64,000 nucleotides of DNA from the human T2T-CHM13v2.0 reference genome, Homo sapiens: assembly GCF_009914755.1 (NCBI RefSeq), contig NC_060939.1; one strand, 5' to 3'. Numbering within the stretch: the stretch's first letter is position 1; the number at the start of each line of letters is the position of its first letter. Shown piece after piece: positions 12,688 through 26,376 of this stretch. The position numbers were made by a program, and so were the translations under genes. The notes under the pieces were generated by a model. The model was not told the DNA's origin. It was given only the letters and a program-made list of their open reading frames with translations, and ran no database searches.

Positions 12688-13626
12688 ATGAATGGAATGA
12701 ATCACTCTGTGGTATCAGAATTTGTATTCATGGGACTCACCAACTCACGGGAGATTCAGCTTCTACTTTTTGTTTTCTCTTTGTTGTTCTACTTTGCGAG
12801 CATGATGGGAAACCTTGTCATTGTATTCACTGTAACCATGGATGCTCATCTGCACTCCCCCATGTATTTCCTCCTGGCTAACCTCTCAATCATTGATATG
12901 GCATTTTGCTCAATTACAGCCCCTAAGATGATTTGTGATATTTTCAAGAAGCACAAGGCCATCTCCTTTCGGGGATGTATTACTCAGATCTTCTTTAGCC
13001 ATGCTCTTGGGGGCACTGAGATGGTGCTGCTCATAGCCATGGCCTTTGACAGATACATGGCCATATGTAAACCTCTCCACTACCTGACCATCATGAGCCC
13101 AAGAATGTGTCTATACTTTTTAGCCACTTCCTCTATCATTGGCCTTATCCACTCATTGGTCCAATTAGTTTTTGTGGTAGATTTACCTTTTTGTGGTCCT
13201 AATATCTTTGACAGTTTTTACTGTGATCTCCCTCGGCTCCTCAGACTTGCCTGTACCAACACCCAAGAACTGGAGTTCATGGTCACTGTCAATAGTGGAC
13301 TCATTTCTGTGGGCTCCTTTGTCTTGCTGGTAATTTCCTACATCTTCATTCTGTTCACTGTTTGGAAACATTCTTCTGGTGGTCTAGCCAAGGCCCTCTC
13401 TACCCTGTCAGCTCATGTCACTGTGGTCATCTTGTTCTTTGGGCCACTGATGTTTTTCTACACATGGCCTTCTCCCACATCACACCTGGATAAATATCTT
13501 GCTATTTTTGATGCATTTATTACTCCTTTTCTGAATCCAGTTATCTACACATTCAGGAACAAAGACATGAAAGTGGCAATGAGGAGACTGTGCAGTCGTC
13601 TTGCGCATTTTACAAAGATTTTGTAA
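12688..13626 (+). CDS. OR4F15: Olfactory receptor, family 4F, intact 312 aa
   Basis: ATG 12688 to TAA, 939 bp; [57 protein letters not shown]; strong acceptor ending at 12650; protein recognised from memory. Confidence 0.93.
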   Translation: MNGMNHSVVSEFVFMGLTNSREIQLLLFVFSLLFYFASMMGNLVIVFTVTMDAHLHSPMYFLLANLSIIDMAFCSITAPKMICDIFKKHKAISFRGCITQIFFSHALGGTEMVLLIAMAFDRYMAICKPLHYLTIMSPRMCLYFLATSSIIGLIHSLVQLVFVVDLPFCGPNIFDSFYCDLPRLLRLACTNTQELEFMVTVNSGLISVGSFVLLVISYIFILFTVWKHSSGGLAKALSTLSAHVTVVILFFGPLMFFYTWPSPTSHLDKYLAIFDAFITPFLNPVIYTFRNKDMKVAMRRLCSRLAHFTKIL

Positions 13627-13989
13627 ATGGCTTGGCTGTCAAGATGTGTAACTATGGATTACTCCTCATGCTGATTGCATAAAAGAAACTGCAATTTCAG
13701 AGAAATACTGAAGACTCAGGCCATACTATATGCCTGAAAATTTATGAAATCATGGTAACAATTTCACCATTAAATTAGAAGTGATGTTATCCTTTGGCAC
13801 AGTGTGCATCAAAGTGCTAAATATTAAATCTTAATGTCTTTTGTAACCTACCACTTTGAAAGACCTTGTTCTAGGTGAGTGCCATGTAATTGAACAAATA
13901 ACAATACTATGTCTTTTATTTTTTCTACTGGACAGATTATTCTATTGATAGACAAACTACACATTCAATCTGTTTACCACCTAACTCCT

Positions 13990-14356
<367 letters not shown>

Positions 14357-14489
14357 TAAAGTGTTTGCTTTCTATTGCTCCAGTCTCTACATATTTTTGC
14401 CACCTTATCAGGCTTCTTTGGCCATCTACAAAATTGTTAGTCCTATATTTAGAATATTCAAATTTAAAGTTAGAGTGGATTACCAACAC

Positions 14490-14640
14490 CATCTGTTCCA
14501 ATCCCCTCAAATTACACGTACTAAAATCCAAGAATTGAGCAGTGACTAGTTTGCCCAAAGGCACATAGCTGGAAACCATCAAAGAGAGCCAGGCACCAGA
14601 AACCATGACTCTGATTGCTAGGTCAGTGCCCTTTCACTTT
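14490..14640 (-). mobile_element. MIR fragment
   Basis: GTGACTAGTTTGCCCAAAGGCACATAGCTGG core. Confidence 0.55.
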
Positions 14641-15177
14641 CAGATCAATTTTGTTTTTGATTTGATGTTCATATTCCACTCTTCCATCTTTATCATTTCT
14701 GAATCCTTCCCTACTTCTACCACCACCACATATTTCTTGTTCAAGTCCTACCAAAGCTGAATTTTAAATCATTCCTTTAATTATGAAAACAATTCTTGAA
14801 CTTTATTATTAAACAGTGTTCTTTTGTCTATGGTAGTATTCACAGAGACCCTTGATTCAATTCTATTTTATAGGTTTGAAGTTCATTCCATTACTTACAG
14901 CGGATGATGTTTCTTCTCTTGGGAAACAAAAATGTGATTGGTGAATTACATAAGTTACACTAAGATATTTATGCCTCTTTCTCAGAAGGATAAATTTCAA
15001 ATATTTTAGCAAAAAATTGAAAGATTTATAAAAGATGTGTGAAAATTCTGTTTCCCAAAATTCTGTGGCTTTTAATCTAACATGGTTACTAAAATATAGA
15101 AACAAACCTATTAATTGAGGTTTCCATCGTGAGGTAATGAAGCTCTGATCATCTCTCATCGTTTGTGTCCTAGGGGA

Positions 15178-15405
15178 GATAATAATTGATGTTACCCATC
15201 CAGTGCTTCTAATTGTCTAGGTACTGTTCTAGGTGCTTTATTTGAATCTTATGATGCAGATTCATTATCTCACTATCCCCATTTTAGAGAGGAGGTGTCT
15301 GGGGCACAGAGTTGCTAAATATCATCAAGGTTATGAAGTAGTAAGTGTGGACGCAAAGTCTGCTAGTTTGAATTCAGAGTTGGTTCTCAAAACCCGTGCA
15401 CTACA
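15178..15405 (-). mobile_element. MIR
   Basis: AGGTACTGTTCTAGGTGCTTTA...CTATCCCCATTTTAGAGAGGAGG...GGCACAGAG. Confidence 0.75.
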
Positions 15406-16163
15406 GTGCATCTCTGGCAATAAAACGTATCAGGATAGCTCCTTTACTTAAAAGCAGTCCCTATTTGTGGGCCCTCTACTGGGTGACGTCATTACCACCA
15501 AACCCAGCATTTATGGGGTCAATTAATTTACAAAAATTTTTTGTATATGTATACCCATTCAGCCGTTTTGTTGTAGGCTGTCACTACAATCAGGGAAGTT
15601 GAAATGCCAGAATTTCTCCGATATAGAGGAAAATGTCTAAAGTCTCCAGAAGATATTAAATAATTCCTAACTCTACCTTTCTTGGAGGGGGTGGGAGGAC
15701 ATAGCATCACCATGGCTGATTTAATAAATGGTAGAAGGAAGGACTGTGCAACAACTCTAAGTACACATACACATAGTAATGATCTACCAGTACTTTGCTC
15801 AAACTTACCTATGACCATTTATTTGTAGAATTAAACACCAGGAAAAATAAGGAATATCACAATATTTAAAGGACTGTTGGACTCAGAGTTGACATTTACT
15901 CCCAGATTCCTGAAGGGTCATCACTGCTGTTTTGAGTGGACACATTTGGTAGTATGTAGAGTCCTAGTTCAGATCAGGTGCATGTTGGGTTCACCAAATG
16001 ACAACCTCCCAGTGATCCTTACATCATTTCCTCAATGTATAATTGGAAAAGATATACTTGGTAGTTTGTACAACTCCACACTTCTTCCTTGTCCTGTGGG
16101 TTACAGTTATTATGGTAGGGAAGTCACCAAAACTGTCCTATCCCCCAGTATAAAATAGTATTT

Positions 16164-16455
<292 letters not shown>

Positions 16456-17057
16456 TAAAATAGTATTTCAAAAATTATACTTCATTATGAAGGGGTAAAA
16501 ATATCCCAGAGATACAGAAATAGTTCCCATTCTATCTCCATTTAATTCACCAGTGTGTCACCTATGAAAGCTAGTCACTTCCTGGAGAATGCCAATGGAC
16601 TATTGTAAACTTATCCCAGTAGTAATCTAAATTGCAGCTACTGTGCCAAAGGTGGTACCTTTGCTAGAGCAGATTAACATAGACCTGGGTATATAATATG
16701 TGATCATTGATCTGGTAAATTTTCTCTTCCATCTCTTTCACAAAGTAGAATTAGAAACAGCATTCACTTGGAATGGACAACATATACGTTTGCTGTCTTA
16801 CTGTACCATAAAATAGCCTGAAGAGACTTGAACCATTTGGATATTTTATAGATTGTCTTAATGGTCGATTATATTAATAACACTATGCTGTCAAACCAGA
16901 TGAAGGAGTGGCAAGTATTAGATACTTTAGTAGTACACATATGCTCTCAAGAGAAGGAATAAACTCTATAGAGAACTGTGAAATTGTCACATCATTAAAA
17001 TTTTGAGTTTGATGGCCCAGTCCATGCTAGGAGGTCCTTTTCAAAGCAAAGGAAAAT

Positions 17058-18517
17058 GTTTTTTCCTTCTTTAAAATTTTTTTTATTTCAAGTAAGTTTT
17101 GGGGTACAAGGGGTTTTTTTTTGTTATATGGATGAATTATATAGTGGTGAATTCTGATATCTTTGTGCACCCATCACCTGAGTAGTGTGCATTGTACCTG
17201 ACGTGTAGATTTTTACCCCTAGCCTCCCTCCCACACTCCCACTTCTGATTTTCTAAAGTCTATTATATCACCCTGTCTGACTTTGTTTACTCATAGCTTA
17301 GCTACAACTTATAAGTGAGAACATAAAGATTTGGTTTTCCACTCCTGTGTTACTTCACTTAGAATAATGGCCTCTAGCTTCATCCAAGTTGCCGCAAAAG
17401 ACATTACTTCATTCCTTTTAATGGCGGAGTAGTATTCCGTGGTATATATATTTTTTATCCACTCATGAGTCGATGGGGGCTTAGGTTGGTTTTCCACATC
17501 TTTGCAATTACGAATTCTGCTGCTATCAATATACATGTGCAAGTATCTTTTTCATATAATGACTTATTTTCCTTTGGGTAGATACCCAGTAATGCGATTG
17601 CTGGATCAAATGTTAGATCTACTTTTAGCATTTTAAGGAATTTCCTTACTGTTTTCCATAGAGGTTGTACTGATTTACATTCTCACCAGCAGTGTATAAG
17701 TCTTCCCTTTCCCCCACAACCGTGCCAACATCTATTGTTTTTTGACTTTTTAATAATGGCCATTCTTGCAAGAGTAAGGTGGTGTCTCGTGGTTTTGATT
17801 TTCATTTCCCTGATGATTAGTAATGTTGAGCATTTTTCATGTATTTGTTGGCCATTTGTATATCTTTTTTTGAGAAATATCTATTCATGTGCTTTGCCCA
17901 TTTTTTGATGGGATTATTTTAGTTTCTGCTGACTTGAGTTTCTTGTAGATTGTGGATACTAGTCCTTTGTCAGATGCATAGGTTGCAAATATTTTCTCCC
18001 ATTCTGTAGGTTGTCTATTTACTCTGATTATTATTTCTTTTGCTGTGTAGAAGCTTTTTAGTTTAACTAGGTCCTATTTATTTTTGTTCTTGTCGCATTA
18101 GATTTTGAAGTCTGAGTCATGAATTCTTTGTCTAGGCTGATGTCTAGAAAAGTTTTTCTGATGTTGTCTTCTAGAATTTTTATAGTTTCAGGTCTTATAT
18201 TTTAGTCTTTGATTTACCTTGAGTTGATTTTTTATAAGGTGAGAGACACAGATCCAGTTTCATTCATCTACACATGGCTTACCAGTTTTCTCAGAACCAT
18301 TTATTGAATAGGTTGTCCATTCCCTAATTTATGTTTTTGTATGCTTTGTCAAAGATCAGTTGGCTGTACATATTTGACTTTATTTCTGGGTTCTTTATTC
18401 AGTTCCATTGGTCGACATGCCTACTTGTATATAAGCACCATACTGTTTTGGTAACTATCGCCTTGTAGTATAATTTGAAGTCTGGTAATGTGATGCCTCC
18501 AGGTTTGTTCTTTTAAT
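17058..18517 (-). mobile_element. L1PB-type LINE-1, 5'-truncated, inserted in ERVL RT
   Basis: Antisense 3' UTR and ORF2 end (TEYYSAIKRNEVMSFAATWMKLE); 11-bp TSD CAAAGGAAAAT at 17047-17057 and 18518-18528. Confidence 0.93.
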
Positions 18518-20019
18518 CAAAGGAAAATTATTGCATCTTGCACCTTCTGTCACTAATAAGAAAGAACTATACCTGGTAGATTTCTTCCATTTCTGGAGGA
18601 AGCATAGGCTATAATCAGGAATACTACCACAACCCATATGCTGAAAGCCATGAAAGTCTGTCAGCTTTGAGCAGGGCGCAAATATGAAAAAGATTTTGCT
18701 GTAAAAGATCTAGACTTTGTGCAGATAGCCTTACTTCTTTGGCCATACTACCTGGCATACCCAGGTATTAGAAAAATTGGTGGTGAAAAGAGAAAAAATG
18801 AGTTTCATAGCAAGCACCAGTTGGATAATTACAACACAAAGCTTCAGGGGCTTAAGCAATCATTTTTCTAAAGATTACAGAGTAATTAACACATGACATG
18901 TAGTTCCACAAGATGTCATATTATACCACATTAAAGATATGGAGGTATGAGAGTTAGGACATGACCATTAGATCTACTGGCCTCTTCACATACTGCACCA
19001 CCCAGAATCTGCTCATCTAATGAAGCAATGAAATGGCTGTTATCAAAATAGTCCTCATGGTGAGCTACAGGAAAGAGGATTTCAACAGCCATGTTTCATG
19101 TTAATCACCTTTTTCTTCCCCTCCATTCCCGCTAAGTGATTCATGTGAAATACACTGGCGGAGGCTGCCATTTTGGGTTTAGATTACTCTGCAAAGATAT
19201 AACAGCTTATTTCTTCTATGTTGCCAACTTTCTTCTGCCCTGATGTTATTTGTCCTGCCCTGTTTGTCCCCCGGATAAAAAATGAGTGGGTTCAGACAAC
19301 AATAGCCCAGTTTCCATTTGTCTCTCCAGTGTCACTCTTGACCCTTCTCCACCCAGTTTTGTGCCTTTATTAAGCTCTTCTTCAGTTACCTAACTTGAGT
19401 GTCGCGTCTCTTGTCCTGGCAGGATCCTGACTGACACAAGTGTACAAAATTGAAAGTAAAAATACCTTGTTTTCTTGCACAACAATCTCACTGTCAAAAG
19501 TGCTTATTGCAAAAAGTTTATTGTCTACTTGTTCCGATTTGTATGCACAGCGGCATAGTGTGTGCTGCATTGGTATCCACTGTTTCACTCAATGGTGTGT
19601 CGTGGTTGTCTTTAACTGTATAGATATCAAACTTGCTTTACAGTGGCTTTAGAGAATTCGATTGTATGGATGTAGAATACTCTTTTAAATTTATCATCAA
19701 CTGCTGGATGTTTTAGTTGTTTCATTTTCTATTAAGCTCTAAACACCGGAATGAATTTCTGTACAGCTAAATCTTGGTACATATCCATAACTACACAGCA
19801 TATGACTATGTAAAAATGAAGTGTTGTATACATTCTTCTACCATTTAAACTGTAATAAAAATTTGGCACAGTGGCTTTTCTAGAGATGATAAAATGATTA
19901 GAGTTAATTTTTGAGTTAACATTTACTTATTTTCAGGGATTAGTTATAATGAGTAGTTATCACTATTGCCAACAAAACAGCACAAATATACTAAACAAAA
20001 ATATTCCACTTTTGTTTCC

Positions 20020-20290
20020 CTCTTTTTCTCTAGTGTCTTATTATGAACTTTTGTATCTTTTGGTTGCACTGATCAAAGCAAATAGTTCTCTAGTGGCAAA
20101 GCCCATGACCCATAAGCTCCTTTAAACTATCATGTTTTTGCAGTATCACTTGGTCACTGTCCTCTTGAGGTATATGTAATTAGCCTTCTGTTTCCTGTGG
20201 TAGGGTATTACATGGCACTTCACGTTAGAGAACACAGGAAACTCCCAGAGTACCTGAACATGTTGTTCTCTCTATACAGGTAAAGTGGAA
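20020..20290 (+). promoter_or_regulatory. Candidate OR4F14P promoter/first exon (module copy 2)
   Basis: TTTCTCTAGTGTCTTATTATGAACTTTT...GGTCACTGTCCTCTT...TAATTAGC...TACCTGAA...donor CAG|GTAAAG at 20280. Confidence 0.5.
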
Positions 20291-21184
20291 GGATGCAAAT
20301 AAATTTAACAATGGGATATTGGCTTTAGTTTTAGATAAGGTTCTGTTGTGGGAATTGCTATGCACACAAGTCATATTCTAAAGCAAAGTAGATAGGGTCC
20401 AGGATAAGGAATTGACTAAAATGAGAGAATAATTGTGAAAAGTTTATTGACATTTTAGAAGTTAATTGGCATTGGCTTTTGAGCTAGGATTACACTGTGC
20501 CTAAGGAAAGGTGAAAGACATTAGAAAAAGTCTGATTTTGCAATATTTTAAATTCAGCATAGGTTGCAATTAATCACTCTCTGTGATTATAGGAATGATT
20601 CTCATCCTTTGTCATGTGATAAATAGGCAAGAAAAATTGACACATGAAGATAGAAAAACATAGGTTATTATATTTTTCTCTCAATTTTCTTTTCAAAAGA
20701 GATGGGTATAAACTGATCCTCTTCCATAACAAGGGAAGCAAATTTCTTGAGAATTTGTCAAGTTTGCAAGATGGAAGAGTCTCATAGACACTTTATTAGA
20801 AATGAAAGACATGGAGACCAAAAGACCCAAAGCTTAGTAAATAATTTCCAATGTAATGTCATTTAAAAATGTGATGTGAAAAGTTTAAAAATAAAATAAT
20901 ACATAAACCACCAGGAGCTTGATTTTGTTTTACTGGTCTCTTATATGATTTAGAATTACAGTGTTTGTATTACTTATGTCTTTGAACTGTAGGTAGAATG
21001 AAGAAGGATTTAGAGAATGCTTATAAATAAAAATTTTTTAGGAATCACTGTGAGAAAACATTCTAAGTGTAAATATAAAAGGTATTGAGTTTGTTGAATC
21101 TTGGAAACAGAAAGATAGGGGCTAACTTTGTTGCATTTATGTATATGAAAGTTAATTTGACTGGACACATGGTTATAAAACTTT

Positions 21185-21345
21185 ATTTGATCCTCACAAT
21201 TTACCTTGTAAAGTTAGTATCATTAATTGCAATTTGGTAGACCGAGACTCAGAAATTTAAACAACTTGCCCAATACCAACTTGTAAGAAGCTGAAAAATT
21301 ATATAAATCTTTGTTTCTGAAGCCCATATTCTTTCCAACATGCTA
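21185..21345 (-). mobile_element. MIR
   Basis: TTTGATCCTCACAAT...CCGAGACTCAGAAATTTAAACAACTTGCCCAA. Confidence 0.65.
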
Positions 21346-22209
21346 GGTTGCTTCTCTAAATAAAACTGAAATTACAATAAAATGTGATAAATCTTTGTAT
21401 AGAGGTTTGAACAAAATGCTTCCCACTGTACCAAAATGCTCTTTGTAGTTTAAGCTTTTTAGATCATGTGCTACTAGGGCAGTGATTCTCCAATTATCTT
21501 CTCAAATTATTTTAGTTACATATTTTTTCCCGCAGTGCTTCTTGGACTTCTACTTTGGTAGAATACAAAATCAAACACTTGGATTTTGCTGTAATGTTAA
21601 ATTATTAGAGACATTTCTAAACACTCTGAATTTCAGTATCTAACATAATACAAACCAGTAACCGTTTGTGGACCTGCTCTTCTCTGTAGACCACTTTTTT
21701 GTTGCTTCAGAGAATCCCAATGTGAATAAGTACTAATCCCTGCCTTTCAGACATGTCAACTTGGTGAGTTAGACTTGTACCCAGTTTACTACAACATAAG
21801 GGATAGTAAAATGAGTACTTGTGATATAAAGCAAGACCTCACAGCTATGGTAAACATTTCTTAAACCTTGAAATACTTTCCAGATGTGGCGAGTGAGGAA
21901 CGTTTCTGCCAGAATATGGCTGTGGTCTTGGAAATGGATGTAATGGTTGAGAAAACGTAAATAGTTCTGTGTGACTAGAGCCAGGCTATATTAGTCTTGA
22001 AGCAAAAATTAAAAGAATTTGGAGTCAAATTCCTGTTACCCATGTTGACCAGTCTTGTATTTCACGAGGAACATCACGGCCACTACTCTGGGAGAAGCAG
22101 AGGGATATTAAAGCAGAGAAGGTTTTCTCCTTCACACTTGGTTGTCACACCGTGTTAACACAATTTCAGAACCTATCAGGATATTAGATTCTTCTCTCAA
22201 CTCTCTGCA

Positions 22210-23113
22210 AGTTTTATTAAAGTGTAGTTAACAAATAAAAATTATATATATGGTGAACAATGTGATACTTTGATACATGTATATGTATGAAATAAATCAA
22301 GCTAATTAACATTCATCTCCTACACTTATTTCTTTGTGGTAAAAACATTGAAGATCTATTCTCCTAGAAATTGTAAGTATGAAGTACATTATTATCAACT
22401 GTAGTTACCACGCTTCACAAGAAGCCTCCAGAATTTATTTGTCTTGTTTAACTGAAACACGGTACTGGTGCGTAACATGTCATTCTCTACCCGCTTCATC
22501 AACCCTTGTCAGCTGCTAATTCTAATCTCTAGTTCTATGAGTTTGACTTATGTAGATTCCACATATAAGTGAGATTTTACAGTATTTGTAATTCTGTGTC
22601 TGTCTTACTTCAATTAGCATAATGTCCTCCAGGTTCATCCATGTTGTTGCAAATGACAGAATTTCCCTTTTTTTTTTGGTAAGGCGGAAGAGTATTCGAT
22701 TGTATAGGTACACACACACACACACAAACACACATTTTCTCCATCCACTTATGTCTCAATGAACACTGCATCTTAGCTATTGTGAATAATGCTGTGATGA
22801 ACATAGGTGTACAGATATTTCCTTGAGGTATGTATTTCAATTCCTTTGAATATACACCTAGAATAAGATTTCTAGATTATATGGTAGTTCTTTTTTTTTG
22901 GAAACTCCATAGTGTGTTTCATAATGGCTAAACAAATTACATTCCCAACAACAGTGTACAAGAGTTCCTTCACTTCACAGCCTTGTCAAGACTTGTTACC
23001 TGTTGTCTTTTTGGTAATAGCTATTCTGACAGGCCTGAGATAAGGTCTCATTGTCATTTTAATCTATATCCTTAATGATTAGTGATAAGATTTTTATATA
23101 CCTGTTGGTCATT
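22210..23113 (-). mobile_element. L1MA-type (L1MA9/10-like) 3' end
   Basis: Antisense 3' UTR and ORF2 end (ICTPMFITALFTIAK; ILSFATTWMNLEDIML). Confidence 0.88.
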
Positions 23114-23241
23114 AGGTTAGTTTTAACGCTAAAGTGGAAATAGACTTTTATAACTTTGACTTCTTTCCTTCTCGTTCATTAATATGATTATAATTTACAT
23201 TTTTGGCTGTTGTTCTCTAGCTATCACTGCTAACAAAGCCA

Positions 23242-24180
23242 ATGGTTGGGGCAAATCACTCCGTGGTGTCAGAGTTTGTGTTCCTGGGACTCACCAATTC
23301 CTGGGAGATCCGACTTCTCCTCCTTGTGTTCTCCTCCATGTTTTACATGGCCAGTATGATGGGAAACTCTCTCATTTTGCTCACTGTGACTTCTGACCCT
23401 CACTTGCACTCCCCCATGTATTTTCTGTTAGCCAACCTCTCCTTCATTGACCTGGGTGTTTCCTCTGTCACTTCTCCCAAAATGATTTATGACCTGTTCA
23501 GAAAGCACGAAGTCATCTCCTTTGGAGGCTGCATCGCTCAAATCTTCTTCATCCACGTCATTGGCGGTGTGGAGATGGTGCTGCTCATAGCCATGGCCTT
23601 TGACAGATATGTGGCCATATGTAAGCCCCTCCAGTACCTGACCATTATGAGCCCAAGAATGTGCATGTTCTTCTTAGTGGCTGCCTGGGTGACCGGCCTT
23701 ATCCACTCTGTAGTTCAATTGGTTTTTGTAGTAAACTTGCCCTTCTGTGGTCCTAATGTATCGGACAGCTTTTACTGTGACCTTCCTCGGTTCATCAAAC
23801 TTGCCTGCACAGACAGCTACCGACTGGAGTTCATGGTTACAGCCAACAGTGGATTCATCTCTCTGGGCTCCTTCTTCATACTGATCATTTCCTATGTGGT
23901 CATCATTCTCACTGTTCTGAAACACTCTTCAGCTGGTTTATCCAAGGCTCTGTCCACCCTTTCAGCTCACGTCAGTGTGGTAGTTTTGTTCTTTGGTCCT
24001 TTGATTTTTGTCTATACGTGGCCATCTCCCTCCACACACCTGGATAAGTTTCTGGCCATCTTTGATGCAGTTCTCACTCCTGTTTTAAATCCTATCATCT
24101 ACACATTCAGGAATTGAGAAATGAAGGTGGCAATGAGAAAAGTATGCCGACAACTAGTAAATCACAGGAAGATCTCCTAA
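23242..24180 (+). pseudogene. OR4F14P: Olfactory receptor 4F pseudogene, premature stop at codon 292
   Basis: 291-aa ORF with all 7 TMs ends TGA at 24115-24117; frame continues EMKVAMRKVCRQLVNHRKIS to TAA at 24180, giving the same 939 bp as paralogues; symbol assigned from remembered cluster order. Confidence 0.85.
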
Positions 24181-25344
24181 GTCATGGCTTGTTTTGTGAG
24201 TGTCTTCATTAACTATTGAAGTTTATTGCTGAAGCTTCTCTTTGTCCTACCTTAATTTGATCATCCACATGGATATTGGGTCTATTTTGTTTGTCATTTA
24301 GGAGGGAGGGAAATTTGCTTCTGAAAAGAGAAAAGAGTTACATATAAATTATTTAGAAACCAAATATTATACTTTTGAGCTTAATTCCTAAGGGTAATTA
24401 TTAGACATATGTAAATCGGAAGGCTATCTGAAGGCCTTCTGAAAAGGGAGAAATATCTCCTTCATCCACTGTAATTCAGTATGACCTTAAATTGACTATA
24501 TCTGCAAAGACAAACATTTGCAAAGAAGGGCACATTGACAGTACTCAGTGTTAGAACTTTAACATGTCTATTTGGTGAACACAAATCAAACCACAACCGT
24601 AGTATAGGTAGTACAGATACATGTGAATAGAAATGATTAGAATATAGTTACCTATGTATCAGAGTAAAGCTATTTTTAAAACAAAGTTAGTAGAAGTAAC
24701 TTTTGCTCTTTCATAGGCAATCAACTATGTTTTTTAAAACAACGGAGCAGGTAAAGTCAGCAAAAAGCACAAAAAGTGATTCCTATGTACTACAGAATTT
24801 TTATCTACTGGCAAGGACGTTTACAAAGAAGGCAAAGAATAACATTTACTGTTTTTTTTTAAAAAAAGAAGAAAGAATACATTTGTTATGTCAAACAGAG
24901 CGAAAGCCAAATTCTAGTCTTACTTTAATGTAATATTTGGCAATAAAGCATTCTTGAGATTAAAAAAAATAGATCCATGAAAGCTGAGCTGTGAAAAACT
25001 TTGCCAAAATTTTAACATGTATCATTGCTTCTATTCAGCAGCATTATTTGTAGTTACATATATGTAACAAAACAGAATTTACTTCCTCACACTTCTACAG
25101 CTTTCTGTATCCTTTGGGTTTTGTCTTTCACTATTGTTCTTCACATATTGAAATAACTAGACATTTTATCTTAGAATGAATCTACCCCTTTGTCCCTCTT
25201 GATAAACAAAACCAGATCCTATTACATTGCATAGCCTGTCGTATTTTTTGGTTATTATTACTTCTAGTTTCAATCACTCATAGTAATTATGACTTTAACC
25301 AAAGAAACTGACTTTTATTTCATAGAGAGTATTTGCTAAAGGAA

Positions 25345-25820
25345 ACTAAAACCTGATAATATTTAATGTGGTAAAAACATTAATTGATTTTTGAGGAACC
25401 ATGTATTGAGGAATTATTATAATAGTAGAAAAGAGACCTTGGTAAAAGTTTGGGCTCAGTTCCTAGTACAACAAAAACAAGTGGGAATTTATGGCTATGG
25501 AGCAGGTTGTAGTTTCTGTGGGTGGAAAATTTTAAAAAGTGACATCAAAGGTAGGGAGAATTCTTGCTAAACTGACCTAATAGGATTCTGGCTGCAGGGA
25601 GGCAAGAACATATCAAGGATGGAGAGGAGGAATTAGATCAGATATCAAGGTATAACCAGATATCAAGGCTGGAAGATTCTCTCTAAACTGTCTTAGCAGA
25701 ATTCTTGCTAAAACTGGGCTATGCAGGTTCAGTAGAGAAGCGGGCCAAGGTTGAGGCTTATTCGGGAAGTGGGATAAGAAGAGTCTGACTAAATTTTGGT
25801 CAAGGGGAGAGTCTTTGTCA
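25345..25820 (-). mobile_element. MER31-type ERV1 solo LTR
   Basis: Reverse complement starts TGACAAAGACTCTCCCCTTGACCAAAATTTAGTCAGACTC. Confidence 0.75.
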
Positions 25821-26027
25821 ACTCAAAGATGGAAAATTGAGTATTGTCTGACATACACAATTACTTTAGTAACCAGTAAAGCTCATGAGCACTCAAAATA
25901 TAACCATTTACCACCACAATTATTCTATTTACATCTTCTTAAAGGAAGTAAATGTTTTTCTTAAAGTAGGAAAAAAGAAAACATTTACTAAGATGATTTG
26001 AACACTCTATAAAGGTATGAATAAAGT

Positions 26028-26068
26028 GACACAAACGCATCACACACACACACACACACACACACACA
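26028..26068. repeat. (CA)n microsatellite
   Basis: Interrupted CA run. Confidence 0.95.
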
Positions 26069-26376
26069 ACATTCTCCATGACCACTGCCCCTTAGCATTA
26101 GAAACAGTAATGGCTTCCTGCTGTAGCTAGTCCTGGATACTTAACCATTCCTTGTTGGTTTTCTTTAATATCGCTTGCACTGTCGGAAATTAAATTTCCT
26201 CGTTTACTCCATTTGAATATTGTACTTTTTCTTGGTGTGACCCTGATATACGTATTTGTGCACAGAAAAGCCCCAGGAAAGAGCACCTCAAAATGATTTC
26301 TGGGATTAGCTGGCTCACATATTTAAGGAGTACCTGTATAACTTCCTTATCTCAGGAGTACTAGACTTTGATCACA

